A stretch of 53,475 nt of DNA from a virus (lineage: Duplodnaviria > Caudoviricetes), in the IMG/VR virus record IMGVR_UViG_3300028388_004078, positions 1-53,475 of that record. One strand, written 5' to 3'. A program made the translations under genes and the position numbers. The first letter of the stretch is position 1; each line of letters begins with the position of its first letter. Positions 17,615 through 26,805 of the stretch are shown here, in pieces. The notes beneath the pieces were generated by a model. That model was not told where the DNA came from. It worked only from the letters and a program-made list of their open reading frames with translations, and made no database searches.

Positions 17615-18583
17615 TCATCCGGCGCGAACGATGTCTTCATGGACCTCTGACACGAAAGAATCCATCCAATCGTAGTCAGGGGCCTCGCGGAGGGGCGAAT
17701 TTTCTCCGATTCCCTCCAAAATAGCGATTTTTTCGTAAAAAACGTCCAAAATGCGGTCCATATCGACGTTTCCAGCCCGAATTTCGAGTAAAAAGTCCCG
17801 ATTCCGCGCCGGAAACGTGATTTTTCCGGTCTGGAACAGTTCGATGCCTTCGTCAGCGATGCGAACCGCATGGTACAGCGCTTTCCAGTCAGCACCATCC
17901 GATTCTTGGGCGTTTTGGGAGCGTTTCCCTGCCTCGTTGACCGGCTTGCTGTAGACCTTGAGAGCTTCCTTGCAGGAAATGCCCATCGGGACCTGACGGG
18001 AGTAGACATCGAGATATTCGAGTGTCGAACCGTCCGGTTGCGGCTTCGGAATGATCTGCACGCCTTCGACTTTGGACAGCGCCTCAGTGACCTCCCAGAC
18101 CTTGGCTTTGTCGTTTGGCGCAGATGCGAAGATTTCACACACCGCCATGAACGTTCCGAGGCGCTTTCCACGCATCGAGTAGCGTACCGCCTGCCCTTTA
18201 CAGTAACCAGCGAAGGCTTTCGTGTTGTGAGACACGATTTTGTCGCGATTCGCGAGGACTTTCATCCAGATTCCGTTGTAGGCCACCTCCCTATAGTGCC
18301 CATGATCCACGCCGTCTGCCACGAAAAGCATCTCGACGGGGATCGTTTGCATGTCGGAAGCAAGTTTCAGGAACCTTTGGAGGGTGAAGCTCACGGTGTC
18401 AACGTCATCAGCACCGTTGGTGGATGTCATGGACCCGGTTGATTGGCTGATAACGGGTTTGCCGCGTCCGAGCAGGATTTCAGGCTTCGAAGGCAGGTGC
18501 ACTGCCTTGTAGTCTTTGTCCGAATCGGCGTTACTGGTCCCGTACAGGTGAGAGCCAGCGAGGCATCTGAAAATCTCTGTCAT
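17615..18583 (-). CDS. Pol-beta superfamily nucleotidyltransferase (RlaP/NrdC.11-like)
   Basis: GSHLYG..SDKD motif; DWKALYHAVR; FLLEIRAG. Confidence 0.85.
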   Translation of the reverse strand: MTEIFRCLAGSHLYGTSNADSDKDYKAVHLPSKPEILLGRGKPVISQSTGSMTSTNGADDVDTVSFTLQRFLKLASDMQTIPVEMLFVADGVDHGHYREVAYNGIWMKVLANRDKIVSHNTKAFAGYCKGQAVRYSMRGKRLGTFMAVCEIFASAPNDKAKVWEVTEALSKVEGVQIIPKPQPDGSTLEYLDVYSRQVPMGISCKEALKVYSKPVNEAGKRSQNAQESDGADWKALYHAVRIADEGIELFQTGKITFPARNRDFLLEIRAGNVDMDRILDVFYEKIAILEGIGENSPLREAPDYDWMDSFVSEVHEDIVRAG

Positions 18584-18641
18584 GGCTCCCTCCTTCGTTG
18601 TTCTGTGGTTGTATGACAGGGACCGGAGCCCCTGTCAAGTG

Positions 18642-20777
18642 TCATGCGTCTGCGAGAACCGCCAAGATTTCGTCCTTCTGGTCCCGGATCGCCTCGACCG
18701 TAGCCTTCGGCGCAGCCGGATCGTCAGACCCTGCGATGGAGACGATGTCACCAAACGAGGGGCGGTAGTCCCGGTAGGTCAGGAAGTACCGCATGATGTC
18801 CTTGAGGTCCGCAGCCTTGCTGCGCACGTTGTTGTGTCGGCCCCAGTTACCGTGCAGGTCGAGGTAGACCATGTAGCCGGTTTCCAGATCGAGGATCGCC
18901 GGAGAGGTGTTCCGAGTCTCGCTATCGAGCGAGAGCTTGGTTTCCACCGTCGAGACCTCGAAGTGCTTTCCGGTCTGGCCGTCGCGGATCATGAGACCAG
19001 CGAAGCACGGGAACGTGTCGAACGTCATGCCCGAGAACACGTTGGCGTTCATCAACACGTAGCGGATTCCAGCCTTGCGGGCCTTTGCCACGTCGATGTC
19101 GATGTATTCCGCAGCGCCCCGACTGCCGTTGAGGATGTCGCCCGAGTGCACAGCGTAGTTGCCCTGACGAAGGCTCATGTAGGAACAGTCGCCTTGGCGG
19201 TTCAGGTCGGCGTCGTAGAAGACCGCTGACATGTCCACGTCACACGATTCCTTCCAGTGAAGGAAGAACCGAACCGTGTCGTCATTGGTGAAGTCGAGCT
19301 TGACCCGATCCCCACGCGACGTGCGCACATCCGTGTCCGAGGCCGAGCGGTTGCCCGCCGGTACGAAAACACCGAATGCTTCTTCCGGGACATCCCGGCT
19401 GAACGGAAGCTTCCCAGCAAGACGGCTGTGTAGACTTGCGTCCAACAGGTGCGTCAAGCGCGGGTCGATCCGATCAGGTGCACGATCCGACGCCATGATG
19501 GTACCGTTCGGCAGCATGTGGAAGCGCTTGTCGTGCTCCACAGTCCGTGTGAGGTGCGTACGAAGCTGTAGAAGCTTCCCCGCGTCCACGGTGTCGAACG
19601 CGCCCTTGGCAGCGCTCAGGAGCGCGCTCATGTCCTTGGAGGACGCGAGGCGGCTGAGTTCCGTCATGCGGCGTGCGAGCACGCCCGGACGATCCTTTGC
19701 GAGAGCAATCTTGCCCGCGACATCGGCTGCAGCGTACTTGCTCTCCCACGACTTCAACCAACCCGTACGAAGGTCCATCAACGCCGCGTAGGCGTTGGGT
19801 GCACGCTTCTCGAACGAGCGGATTCGCACGTGCGATGCGAGGCGCTTCCACGGCTCTGCATGGCGCAGGAAATCGGTTTCGTGGTCCGTGTTGCCACGAA
19901 CGAGAACCGCTTCCAGAATGTCCATCACAGCCTTCGCCTGACTGGTCGTCAGGCGGAAACGCGGCGGCGTCTTGAGCGACAGGTCCGCCTCCTGCGTCAC
20001 GGTGCGCCCGTGAATGCCGGTCCACGACTTCCCGACCTTGTGGCGGCGGACACTGCCGGACAGGTGCACGGCGAGGCGCAGCACGTCAGTCACGGAGTTG
20101 CACGCAGCCGCGTACTGGTCGTTCGTCATCATGTCCCACACAAGCGGAAGCTTTTCGCGGAACTTGATCGACGCCAGCGCCGAAGTCGGCAATGCGCCGG
20201 TCGAAAGCGCCCACTTCATGAAACGCGTTTCGGCGGACGAGAACGGCTCCAAGTTGGACATCATCGCCACCGCCTTGTCGGTGATGAACGATTCGTCCGC
20301 CAGCTTGATGAACCGCACCTTCCGGCGACGGTTCCCATCTTCATCCTTGAAGCGGAGCGTGAATTCGGCGTCAAGGTCGGTGTCGCCGCCCAGCCAGTCG
20401 TTCTGGAACCCCGTGAACGGGTCAGCGCCGAACTCTGCCGGGTCATGGTCGAACTGGAAGCCTAGATGCGTCATGAGCCAGCCGAGGAAGCGCACGTCGA
20501 ACGGCAAAATCTGATGGTTCGGGAACCGGCGGTAAAGCGGAGACACTTGGTCCATGCCGCTCAGGTTCTTGTTCAGGGCCGAGCCCAGCCGCTTGAATGC
20601 AGCGCCGCGCTGTGTCGGCGTCAGCTTGTCCAGCGCCGCCAGAAGATCGGGCGTCAGAGCGTAGCGGTAATCGTATGCGAGCGCCGCGATATCCATGACG
20701 GATGCTTCGACGGTGCTGTTCGACCCATCGAGGTGGAATGCCCCGAAAATGGAAAGAATATCTGCGTCAACGTTCAT
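18642..20777 (-). CDS. Helical (TROVE/Ro-like?) domain fused to C-terminal TerD-like domain
   Basis: 711 aa; TDVLRLA and RPGVLAR motifs; C-terminal RFFLHW..DVDMSA..HSGD..GAAEYIDID; adjacent Y-RNA-like genes. Confidence 0.7.
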   Translation of the reverse strand: MNVDADILSIFGAFHLDGSNSTVEASVMDIAALAYDYRYALTPDLLAALDKLTPTQRGAAFKRLGSALNKNLSGMDQVSPLYRRFPNHQILPFDVRFLGWLMTHLGFQFDHDPAEFGADPFTGFQNDWLGGDTDLDAEFTLRFKDEDGNRRRKVRFIKLADESFITDKAVAMMSNLEPFSSAETRFMKWALSTGALPTSALASIKFREKLPLVWDMMTNDQYAAACNSVTDVLRLAVHLSGSVRRHKVGKSWTGIHGRTVTQEADLSLKTPPRFRLTTSQAKAVMDILEAVLVRGNTDHETDFLRHAEPWKRLASHVRIRSFEKRAPNAYAALMDLRTGWLKSWESKYAAADVAGKIALAKDRPGVLARRMTELSRLASSKDMSALLSAAKGAFDTVDAGKLLQLRTHLTRTVEHDKRFHMLPNGTIMASDRAPDRIDPRLTHLLDASLHSRLAGKLPFSRDVPEEAFGVFVPAGNRSASDTDVRTSRGDRVKLDFTNDDTVRFFLHWKESCDVDMSAVFYDADLNRQGDCSYMSLRQGNYAVHSGDILNGSRGAAEYIDIDVAKARKAGIRYVLMNANVFSGMTFDTFPCFAGLMIRDGQTGKHFEVSTVETKLSLDSETRNTSPAILDLETGYMVYLDLHGNWGRHNNVRSKAADLKDIMRYFLTYRDYRPSFGDIVSIAGSDDPAAPKATVEAIRDQKDEILAVLADA

Positions 20778-20795
20778 TTGGTCCTCCTTTCAAAC

Positions 20796-20868
20796 ACCGA
20801 GAGAGCGGGGAGCTTTTGGTCAGCTTGAAATGCAGAGATTAGAAGTATGCCCCTGCCATGCGCTCGGT
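20796..20868 (-). ncRNA. Y-RNA-like motif copy 3, in the 5' leader of the TerD-fusion gene
   Basis: CGCAT-N7-GCATACTTCTAA inside an ACCGAG/CTCGGT stem ending 7 nt before AGGAGG. Confidence 0.7.
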
Positions 20869-20921
20869 TATTCCGTGATACGTGATTCGGCTCTTATTGT
20901 CAACACGCTTGTGTTCAACAC

Positions 20922-21075
20922 CAGTGTATTGAAGACATAGCCGCCAGCTTTTTCCAGACAACTGCTCTACCACTGAGCTACACCCCGGCACTGCAGGGAT
21001 GGTGGGACTCGAACCCACGACCTGTTGTTTCATACGTTAGAAGTATGCTGTTGCGATGCGGTCTTCAAGACACTG
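20922..21075 (-). ncRNA. YrlA-like Y RNA with circularly permuted tRNA domain
   Basis: 15-bp terminal stem; GCATACTTCTAA; T arm, loop-closed acceptor stem, then D arm. Confidence 0.85.
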
Positions 21076-21172
21076 ATGATGTGTGAAGGAGCGAAGCGGG
21101 TGGCTTTGCTCTCTACCAATGATGAATTAGAAGTATGCCTGCCCATGCGGCTCCCTCGCAAATCATCAGTGT
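21070..21172 (-). ncRNA. Short Y-RNA-like RNA without tRNA domain
   Basis: Long terminal stem; CGCAT-N6-GCATACTTCTAA. Confidence 0.75.
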
Positions 21173-21175
21173 AAG

Positions 21176-21530
21176 TTGGGGGCTTCTGTTGCTAGGTGCC
21201 CCCGGACCCCTTGGACTTACGCCGCGATGGCAAGCGCCGGAGCGCGGTCATCGTTTGCGACGGAAGCCTCGATTGCGATCATGTCGATTGCAGTTGTGAT
21301 TTCGAATCGAAGTTCTTGCCCTGATAACGGTAAGGCCAAGCCGACACGCCACTTCACTTATTGTTCCTGTCGATCCTATTTCGCCCCCATCAAAACCGCA
21401 CCTCATTTTGAGCGTGCCATCGGCTATACCGTGTGACCCGAACTTAGGATCGGGTGCGGTTATGGTGGAGGCGCGGGGTACCGCCCCCCGGTCCAGAAAA
21501 CCATCCGCTTCGCAGATGAACGTGTGTAGG
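21176..21530 (-). ncRNA. ssrA: Two-piece (permuted) tmRNA
   Basis: Acceptor piece ends CTCCACCA at 21463; coding piece starts GGGGGCGAAATAGGATCGAC at 21388; tag ...ANDDRAPALAIAA* (stop 21217-21219). Confidence 0.92.
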
Positions 21531-21564
21531 GAAGACATAGACGATTCGAGCGGCTATGTCAAGC

Positions 21565-21843
21565 TCAATATGCCGTTGGAAACGTCTGAATCGGAGAAGT
21601 CGTGTTCTCCAACGTGACCGTGTCGACTTCAACGCGGTACACCTCGACGTAGAGGATCGAAATCTGATCCACACGAACAGTTGCCGCGCCATTGTTGATA
21701 TCGACCCAATCCTCGGTCAGCGGTGTCCGCCGCCGGGTCTGCGCCTGAGAAAGCGCCGCGACGAGGCTGGCGACATTGGCTGTCTGGTGGATGGTGAGAA
21801 CGTAGTCGCTAATCAGGCCACGTACAACGGCGAAGTATTCCAT
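21565..21843 (-). CDS. Hypothetical protein
   Basis: 92 aa with RBS. Confidence 0.5.
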   Translation of the reverse strand: MEYFAVVRGLISDYVLTIHQTANVASLVAALSQAQTRRRTPLTEDWVDINNGAATVRVDQISILYVEVYRVEVDTVTLENTTSPIQTFPTAY

Positions 21844-21921
21844 CGCGCTTCCTTAGATGTGGGTTCTGCCCAGCCGCGTCATGTGTTCGTTTTCATCGCC
21901 ACATGACGCGGCTGGTGAAAT

Positions 21922-22006
21922 TTGCGGGGGCAGGATTCGAACCTGCGTGATCCTTGTTCAGGAAACGGGTTATGAGCCCGCTGAGTGGCCTCTACTCTAC
22001 CCCGCA
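21922..22006 (-). tRNA. Initiator-like tRNA-Met(CAT) with long variable arm, no encoded CCA
   Basis: GGG/CCC anticodon stem; variable hairpin TCCT-GAACA-AGGA. Confidence 0.72.
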
Positions 22007-22022
22007 ACAAAATACCCATAAT

Positions 22023-22087
22023 TGGTCGGCGTGGTGGGGAGTCGAACCCCTTGATGCATCACTATCCTCAAGCCCCGAGGCACGCCG
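22023..22087 (-). ncRNA. Minimal tRNA-like RNA with Pro-type acceptor
   Basis: CGGCGTG/CACGCCG-ACCA plus T arm; no standard D or anticodon arm. Confidence 0.55.
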
Positions 22088-22118
22088 AAAAATGGTCCGC
22101 GCAAGCACGAACAAGTAT

Positions 22119-22194
22119 TGGTCAGGGCGGTGGGTCACGATCCCACGGCCTCCGGATTCCAAATCCGGTACTCTACCAACTGAGCTACGCCCTG
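22119..22194 (-). tRNA. tRNA-Pro(TGG)
   Basis: C1-G72, A73, CCA; A37; atypical T loop. Confidence 0.85.
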
Positions 22195-22197
22195 ATG

Positions 22198-22560
22198 TTA
22201 CGTTGGGGCGCCTTTCGGCGACGTGATTTCTTCGTCCAGTGTTTGGAAATTCGATCCGCTGGCGACCAGACAGGTCAGGCCGTTTGGTGTCGTGACCGTG
22301 ATCGTCCATGTGCCGGTTTCTTCGTTGCCCCAGACTTCCACGATGGCGGTGGCGGTGGAACCGCCGCTGCCACTCAGGCCAACTGCTCGGCGCGCTTCTT
22401 CGTAGCCGGGGCGAGTACCGGAAGGAGCGTCGATTGGGCCGCTCAGGCGTGCCTCGACAAGCTGCCGTGGGGCACAGTTCTGTTGCTGGGCATCAGCGGG
22501 GTGCGATGCAAAAACGGCCAGCGCCAGAGCGGGCGCCGCAAGAAACTTCCACATGTTCAT
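22198..22560 (-). CDS. Secreted small protein of a type common in Rhodobacteraceae
   Basis: Signal peptide; CAPR..L..Y.E..GL..ETGTWTITVT.PNG.TCLVASG. Confidence 0.7.
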   Translation of the reverse strand: MNMWKFLAAPALALAVFASHPADAQQQNCAPRQLVEARLSGPIDAPSGTRPGYEEARRAVGLSGSGGSTATAIVEVWGNEETGTWTITVTTPNGLTCLVASGSNFQTLDEEITSPKGAPT

Positions 22561-22821
22561 GTCCTTTTCGACTTTGGTGCTCAATCGCACCACATAAAAG
22601 TTACGATCCGGTTTCCTCTCAAACCAAAAAAGTCACGCCCGTGTTGTGTTCTTGCTTGGCCGCTCCTGCGGAGCACGAGACAACTTGCGTAATACAATAC
22701 CATATTTTCTTGGAACTTGTTGAACCCTATGTAGGTGATTCGGACGCCAGTGTCAAGAACTTTTTTGGCCCACCACGCGATGGTGACTTACGTTCCTCCC
22801 GCCCGCAGAGGAAACCGTGTG

Positions 22822-22895
22822 TGGAGACGTGACCCGGAGTCGAACCGGGATTGACGGAGTTGCAGTCCGCCGCGTAGCCATTCCGCCATCACGTC
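22822..22895 (-). tRNA. tRNA-Cys(GCA)
   Basis: U73, CCA. Confidence 0.92.
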
Positions 22896-22896
22896 A

Positions 22897-22968
22897 TGGT
22901 CGCGCCACCCGGTAACGATCCGGGCCGGGTTCTTTATGAGAGAACCTTGATCACCATGATCTGGCGCA
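22897..22968 (-). tRNA. tRNA-Met/Ile2(CAT), compact
   Basis: CT-CAT-AA loop, short D arm, CCA. Confidence 0.7.
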
Positions 22969-22973
22969 GAATT

Positions 22974-23050
22974 TGGTAGCGCATACGGGTTTCGAACCCG
23001 TTTCTCTGCCTTGAAAGGGCAGCGACCTTCGCCAAGAAGTCCAATGCGCC
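22974..23050 (-). tRNA. tRNA-Glu(TTC)
   Basis: Cloverleaf, CCA. Confidence 0.88.
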
Positions 23051-23057
23051 ATGAATT

Positions 23058-23133
23058 TGGTGTGCCGGGAAGGAATCGAACCTTCATCTTCGGGACTTCA
23101 ATCCGATGTGGGCACCAGCATCACCACCGACAC
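23058..23133 (-). tRNA. tRNA-Phe(GAA)
   Basis: TT-GAA-GT loop, CCA. Confidence 0.8.
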
Positions 23134-23535
23134 ATAAAACGCAAACTTGAGATTTTCAATCCCACTTGCCGTGGGCTACTCTCGTGGACCCCAATCCAAC
23201 GGCTCGACCCGACACATCTTTTGGTGTTGGGGCACCGCCAGACATATCCTCGACTTCCGCTTAAAACTGGACATCGGGTGGCGCGATTGGGCACGCCATG
23301 CCGCTGCCACCACGAACCTTACGGTTCTCGTCTGGATGAAACAATCTAGGTGCGTGCTCGATAAGGGTCCCGTAGGACAAATACCGTTTCGTGCTCAAAA
23401 TGATCGAGCACGCGCCAAGATTGTTCCCCAAAAGGGACGCCGGTCATCGGATAACCCCCGTTGGGAGGTCCCTATCGGCGCACATTGCCATATTATTTAT
23501 CACAGCTATCGCCGTGGCAACGTTCAGAACACCAA

Positions 23536-23607
23536 ATTGTCAAAAAGCGTGTCAATGCAGAGCATCAACTTCCCTAGTCAGATAACTGATTCGGGGTGGT
23601 TTGTCAA
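23536..23607 (-). promoter_or_regulatory. tRNA operon promoter followed by boxA-like element
   Basis: TTGACA-17-TATCTG with GAATC in the spacer; GCTTTTTGACAAT at 23536-23548. Confidence 0.55.
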
Positions 23608-23631
23608 GCGCTAAGTACCGCTTCTAATTTT

Positions 23632-23711
23632 TGGAAGGTCCTACAGGATTCGAGCCCGAGTCACTGGATTGAAAGTCCAATATCCTTGACTAGGCGAAGG
23701 CATAAAAGGAC
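23632..23711 (-). pseudogene. Degenerate tRNA-Glu(TTC)
   Basis: Intact anticodon arm and CCA; damaged T and acceptor stems. Confidence 0.55.
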
Positions 23712-24013
23712 GCTACAACTCTGAGACAAAGATTTTCGGAGACGTTTAGATCCGGTTGACTTTGGCGAGACATGTAATCCCGCCGCCGGTACGTTTCCTA
23801 TTTCACAGCCTTGGTCTCTCGTTCGTATGATACCTAATGCTCGGTACGGGCTGCGCCTCATGGGGCGTATATGCGCCAGTAAACATGGTGTCGCCTCCTA
23901 TGTTGGCGGTTCTAGCGGAGTAGGCGTCCGCATCTGATGTAATACTAACTACACCAACCCGATTCGAATGTCAACAACTTTTTTGCGTCTGGTCACATTT
24001 TTCTTCGTATGGG

Positions 24014-24295
24014 CTATTTTTCAATCTGTAATTGTCCTAGCCCGTTCCTGTCGATGTAGCGGTCCACCTCTTCCGTGTTCAGGCGATGAGCTTTGGGAAC
24101 GTGGTTTCGACCGTTGCGTATGTGTTCATCCACCCACTTCTCGGCTTCGAGGATGCCGCAGATCATATTGTTGCGGGTGGGTCCGACTTCAAGTTCCCAG
24201 ACTTTCGTTCCACTTGGCGAGATGATTGCCAGTTCATGGATTTCAGGTTCGTGTCCCTTACCGCGAACATAGCGATGTGTCAGTAGGTAAGTCAT
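24014..24295 (-). CDS. Hypothetical protein
   Basis: ORF starting MTYLLTHRY. Confidence 0.5.
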   Translation of the reverse strand: MTYLLTHRYVRGKGHEPEIHELAIISPSGTKVWELEVGPTRNNMICGILEAEKWVDEHIRNGRNHVPKAHRLNTEEVDRYIDRNGLGQLQIEK

Positions 24296-24608
24296 TACAG
24301 TCTTTCGTCGAAACTCTCGAACGCGTCGGTAATCTTGTCTGCCACTCGTGTGTGGAACAAAACAAAGTACAGCCCCACCCAAGCCAGTGCAGCGACCAAA
24401 AGCGCTCCAAGCGTGAGCGCCGCTCCAATCAACATCATATCCAAAAACATTTCATTCCTCCTTTTCAGCCTTCTCTGGCTATGATAACAATCGCCGCCAG
24501 TACAATACCAGCAATTACCACGTACGGTACTGCTTCGATTAGCATAGGTAGTCCAGTCATGTCATTCACCCTTTAGATAACCATCAGTACCACGATCTCG
24601 TTAGCCTG

Positions 24609-25106
24609 TCAAGGCACGACGCACTTGTTCTGGATCATGGGATTGATCAGGTCCCGGCGAAGATAGCGATAGATGTCCTTGAAGCAGTCGCCGTGCGGTT
24701 TCATATAGGGCTTCGAGCTTTTTCGCCCAAACCGTTTAATCTTCGGGCCGTATCGGAACTGAACATGGTGAGAGACTTCGTGGGCGACGAGACACCAGAG
24801 GGCGTCTTCGGGGTCGATGACGGTGATGCGCCCGATTATGGGGTCCTTGTCGAACGACTTGTATTCCGACCATACACGGTTGTTTCTTTGCCAGCACTCA
24901 AGGTTGATTTTGATGCAGGACGCACCTGCTCGGGACCGGATGCCCGGAGTGCTTCTGACGATGAGGGCTTGATGTGCGATGGTGCCTGCGTTAGCGGGCA
25001 GATCAAGCTCATATTGCTTGAGGCGGAGTTGCCTGATGCAGCGCTTGACCATCTTAGCAACTTTCTGCGCCTCGGATCGGCTGACGTTCTGACCGAGAAT
25101 CTTCAT
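24609..25106 (-). CDS. SprT-like zinc metalloprotease domain protein
   Basis: VAHEVSHH (HExxH) and KPHG..F motifs. Confidence 0.7.
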   Translation of the reverse strand: MKILGQNVSRSEAQKVAKMVKRCIRQLRLKQYELDLPANAGTIAHQALIVRSTPGIRSRAGASCIKINLECWQRNNRVWSEYKSFDKDPIIGRITVIDPEDALWCLVAHEVSHHVQFRYGPKIKRFGRKSSKPYMKPHGDCFKDIYRYLRRDLINPMIQNKCVVP

Positions 25107-25485
25107 GTGGGCCTCCTTCTGATTCGCTATGAACAAATGTAACTCACAGCGAAAATGATGTCAAGTACCTGTTTTACAAGAGATTCTGAGGCTCGGCCCA
25201 GAATAGTTAAAAATGTGTTAATCCATATTTGAAAATTTTCAAATTTTTGGAGACCGGTTTTTTGAAAGGGGGGTGGGGGGTCTAATTCTCGGCTGGGTCC
25301 CCGGTTGGTGTGAGAGGCGCTGCCGGGTGCTGTAAGTGGTAAATTGGTCTTGGCCTAGCTAACAGCTACTACGCGCGCGAATCACCCCCACCCCTACCTC
25401 CCCCTTGGGTCCCTCCCGGTTTCGAATGTCAAGGTTCCATGTTTGTGCCGCGATGTTTTTTGCATCGCGACACTTTGTCCTTGAC

Positions 25486-25743
25486 TTACCAGCCAGCATC
25501 TGCCTCGACCAGCAGGTCCGTGAGGTAGTCCATGCATTGCGATTCGATCTTGTCCATCAGGCGCTTGCTCACCCGCTTGCCGCGCGAGTTATAGACAATC
25601 ACGTCCTCAACCTCGGTCCATGCCGGTTCGTCGCTGCCGTAGCTGTTGCTGCCGCCATGCGAGACAGTTGCTTCAACCTCAACCTCGCACTCATACTCGG
25701 TTCCGTTGTGCTGGATGTAGACGGTGGCGGTGATGTTGGTCAT
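25486..25743 (-). CDS. Early acidic hypothetical protein
   Basis: Own promoter and RBS. Confidence 0.65.
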   Translation of the reverse strand: MTNITATVYIQHNGTEYECEVEVEATVSHGGSNSYGSDEPAWTEVEDVIVYNSRGKRVSKRLMDKIESQCMDYLTDLLVEADAGW

Positions 25744-25829
25744 TGGGTCATTCCCTTGTTAGCGTTTCGATGATTCTTTATCGCACTCCTCGCCACGATT
25801 CGCAATAGAAAAATCGCACGCCCTTTCAT

Positions 25830-26270
25830 TTATTTGGGCAGGGCCAGCACGCTAGGCGGTGCATCGTACGGGGCCAGCATGTAGAGCGCTGCCACATCAT
25901 GCACAGGCTCTTGCGTGTCGCGCCGGTAGAAATAGGGCGCAAAGGTCGGCACGTACGTGACGCCCACTAGCCCGGTCAACGATTCCAGATAGGCGCGCCA
26001 TCCGTCCACATCATGCGACACGATTCCAGCGTCGATGCGCGCAAACGCGTGGACATTTTTCTGCCCGGTGCGGCATACCTTGGCGCGGCCAGCCCTGCCC
26101 ACAACCATGCGGGCAGGGCCATCGCAAACGACGACTCGGGCGTGGGATTCGACGCGGCCAGAGCGGCGCGATTTGAGCGACCAGACCCTCCGGTGGAGAT
26201 TGAAATACACATCCGCCATCTGAAAGCTTTGCGAGTCAGCGACGGGCGGAAAGAGGGGGTGCCGGGTCAT
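25830..26270 (-). CDS. Early hypothetical protein
   Basis: VYFNLHR..WS and QKNVHAF motifs. Confidence 0.7.
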   Translation of the reverse strand: MTRHPLFPPVADSQSFQMADVYFNLHRRVWSLKSRRSGRVESHARVVVCDGPARMVVGRAGRAKVCRTGQKNVHAFARIDAGIVSHDVDGWRAYLESLTGLVGVTYVPTFAPYFYRRDTQEPVHDVAALYMLAPYDAPPSVLALPK

Positions 26271-26357
26271 GAATTTTGCCTTTCGGGTTTTTCGTTTTGT
26301 CACATCTTTCTAGCGCGATTCGCGGGCAAGGTCAAGCGCCTTGCCCGCATGCCTGCC

Positions 26358-26744
26358 CTACGCCACATCCCCTTTGCGGGTTATGAATTCCGACAGTTTG
26401 CCGCGCCAGATGCGGCGCTCGGTCCACTTGTCCCAGCCTTCCACGCTCGACACAGCGAGCCACAGAGCGCCATCACCGGCCTGCGTCAGTAGGTAGCCAT
26501 ATTCCACGTCACAGGCCGCGCGGCGCGTCTTGGCGCGGCTCACGCTGCCGCTGCCGGTCTTGTTCGCTGCCACGAAAGCGGCGGCGAATTCGTCGGCCTC
26601 GTACCGGGGGAGGGGCCATGCCACGCCAGAGTCCAGCGTATTGTTGAAATAGTTCCACGCCCATGTCGGATAGCCGTCGTGGTGGATATAGACGTGATGC
26701 GATTCGCGGGTGTCCTTGAAGGTGTAAATTGCACGGGTGCTCAT
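26358..26744 (-). CDS. Early hypothetical protein
   Basis: MSTRA..YIHHDGYP motif. Confidence 0.7.
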   Translation of the reverse strand: MSTRAIYTFKDTRESHHVYIHHDGYPTWAWNYFNNTLDSGVAWPLPRYEADEFAAAFVAANKTGSGSVSRAKTRRAACDVEYGYLLTQAGDGALWLAVSSVEGWDKWTERRIWRGKLSEFITRKGDVA

Positions 26745-26805
26745 ATCTGAGTCCTTTCCTTGGGTTTATGCCCCGCGCCTTTACCGGGGCCGCGTTCTTT
26801 CTGTG

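Noticed and set aside
20960-21025. Ordinary tRNA gene
   Set aside because: Arms are in permuted order and there is no anticodon loop or CCA; treated as a YrlA-like domain.
5741-23349. Short ORFs overlapping tRNA genes
   Set aside because: Translations of tRNA sequence (RFESx and GIEP patterns), not proteins.
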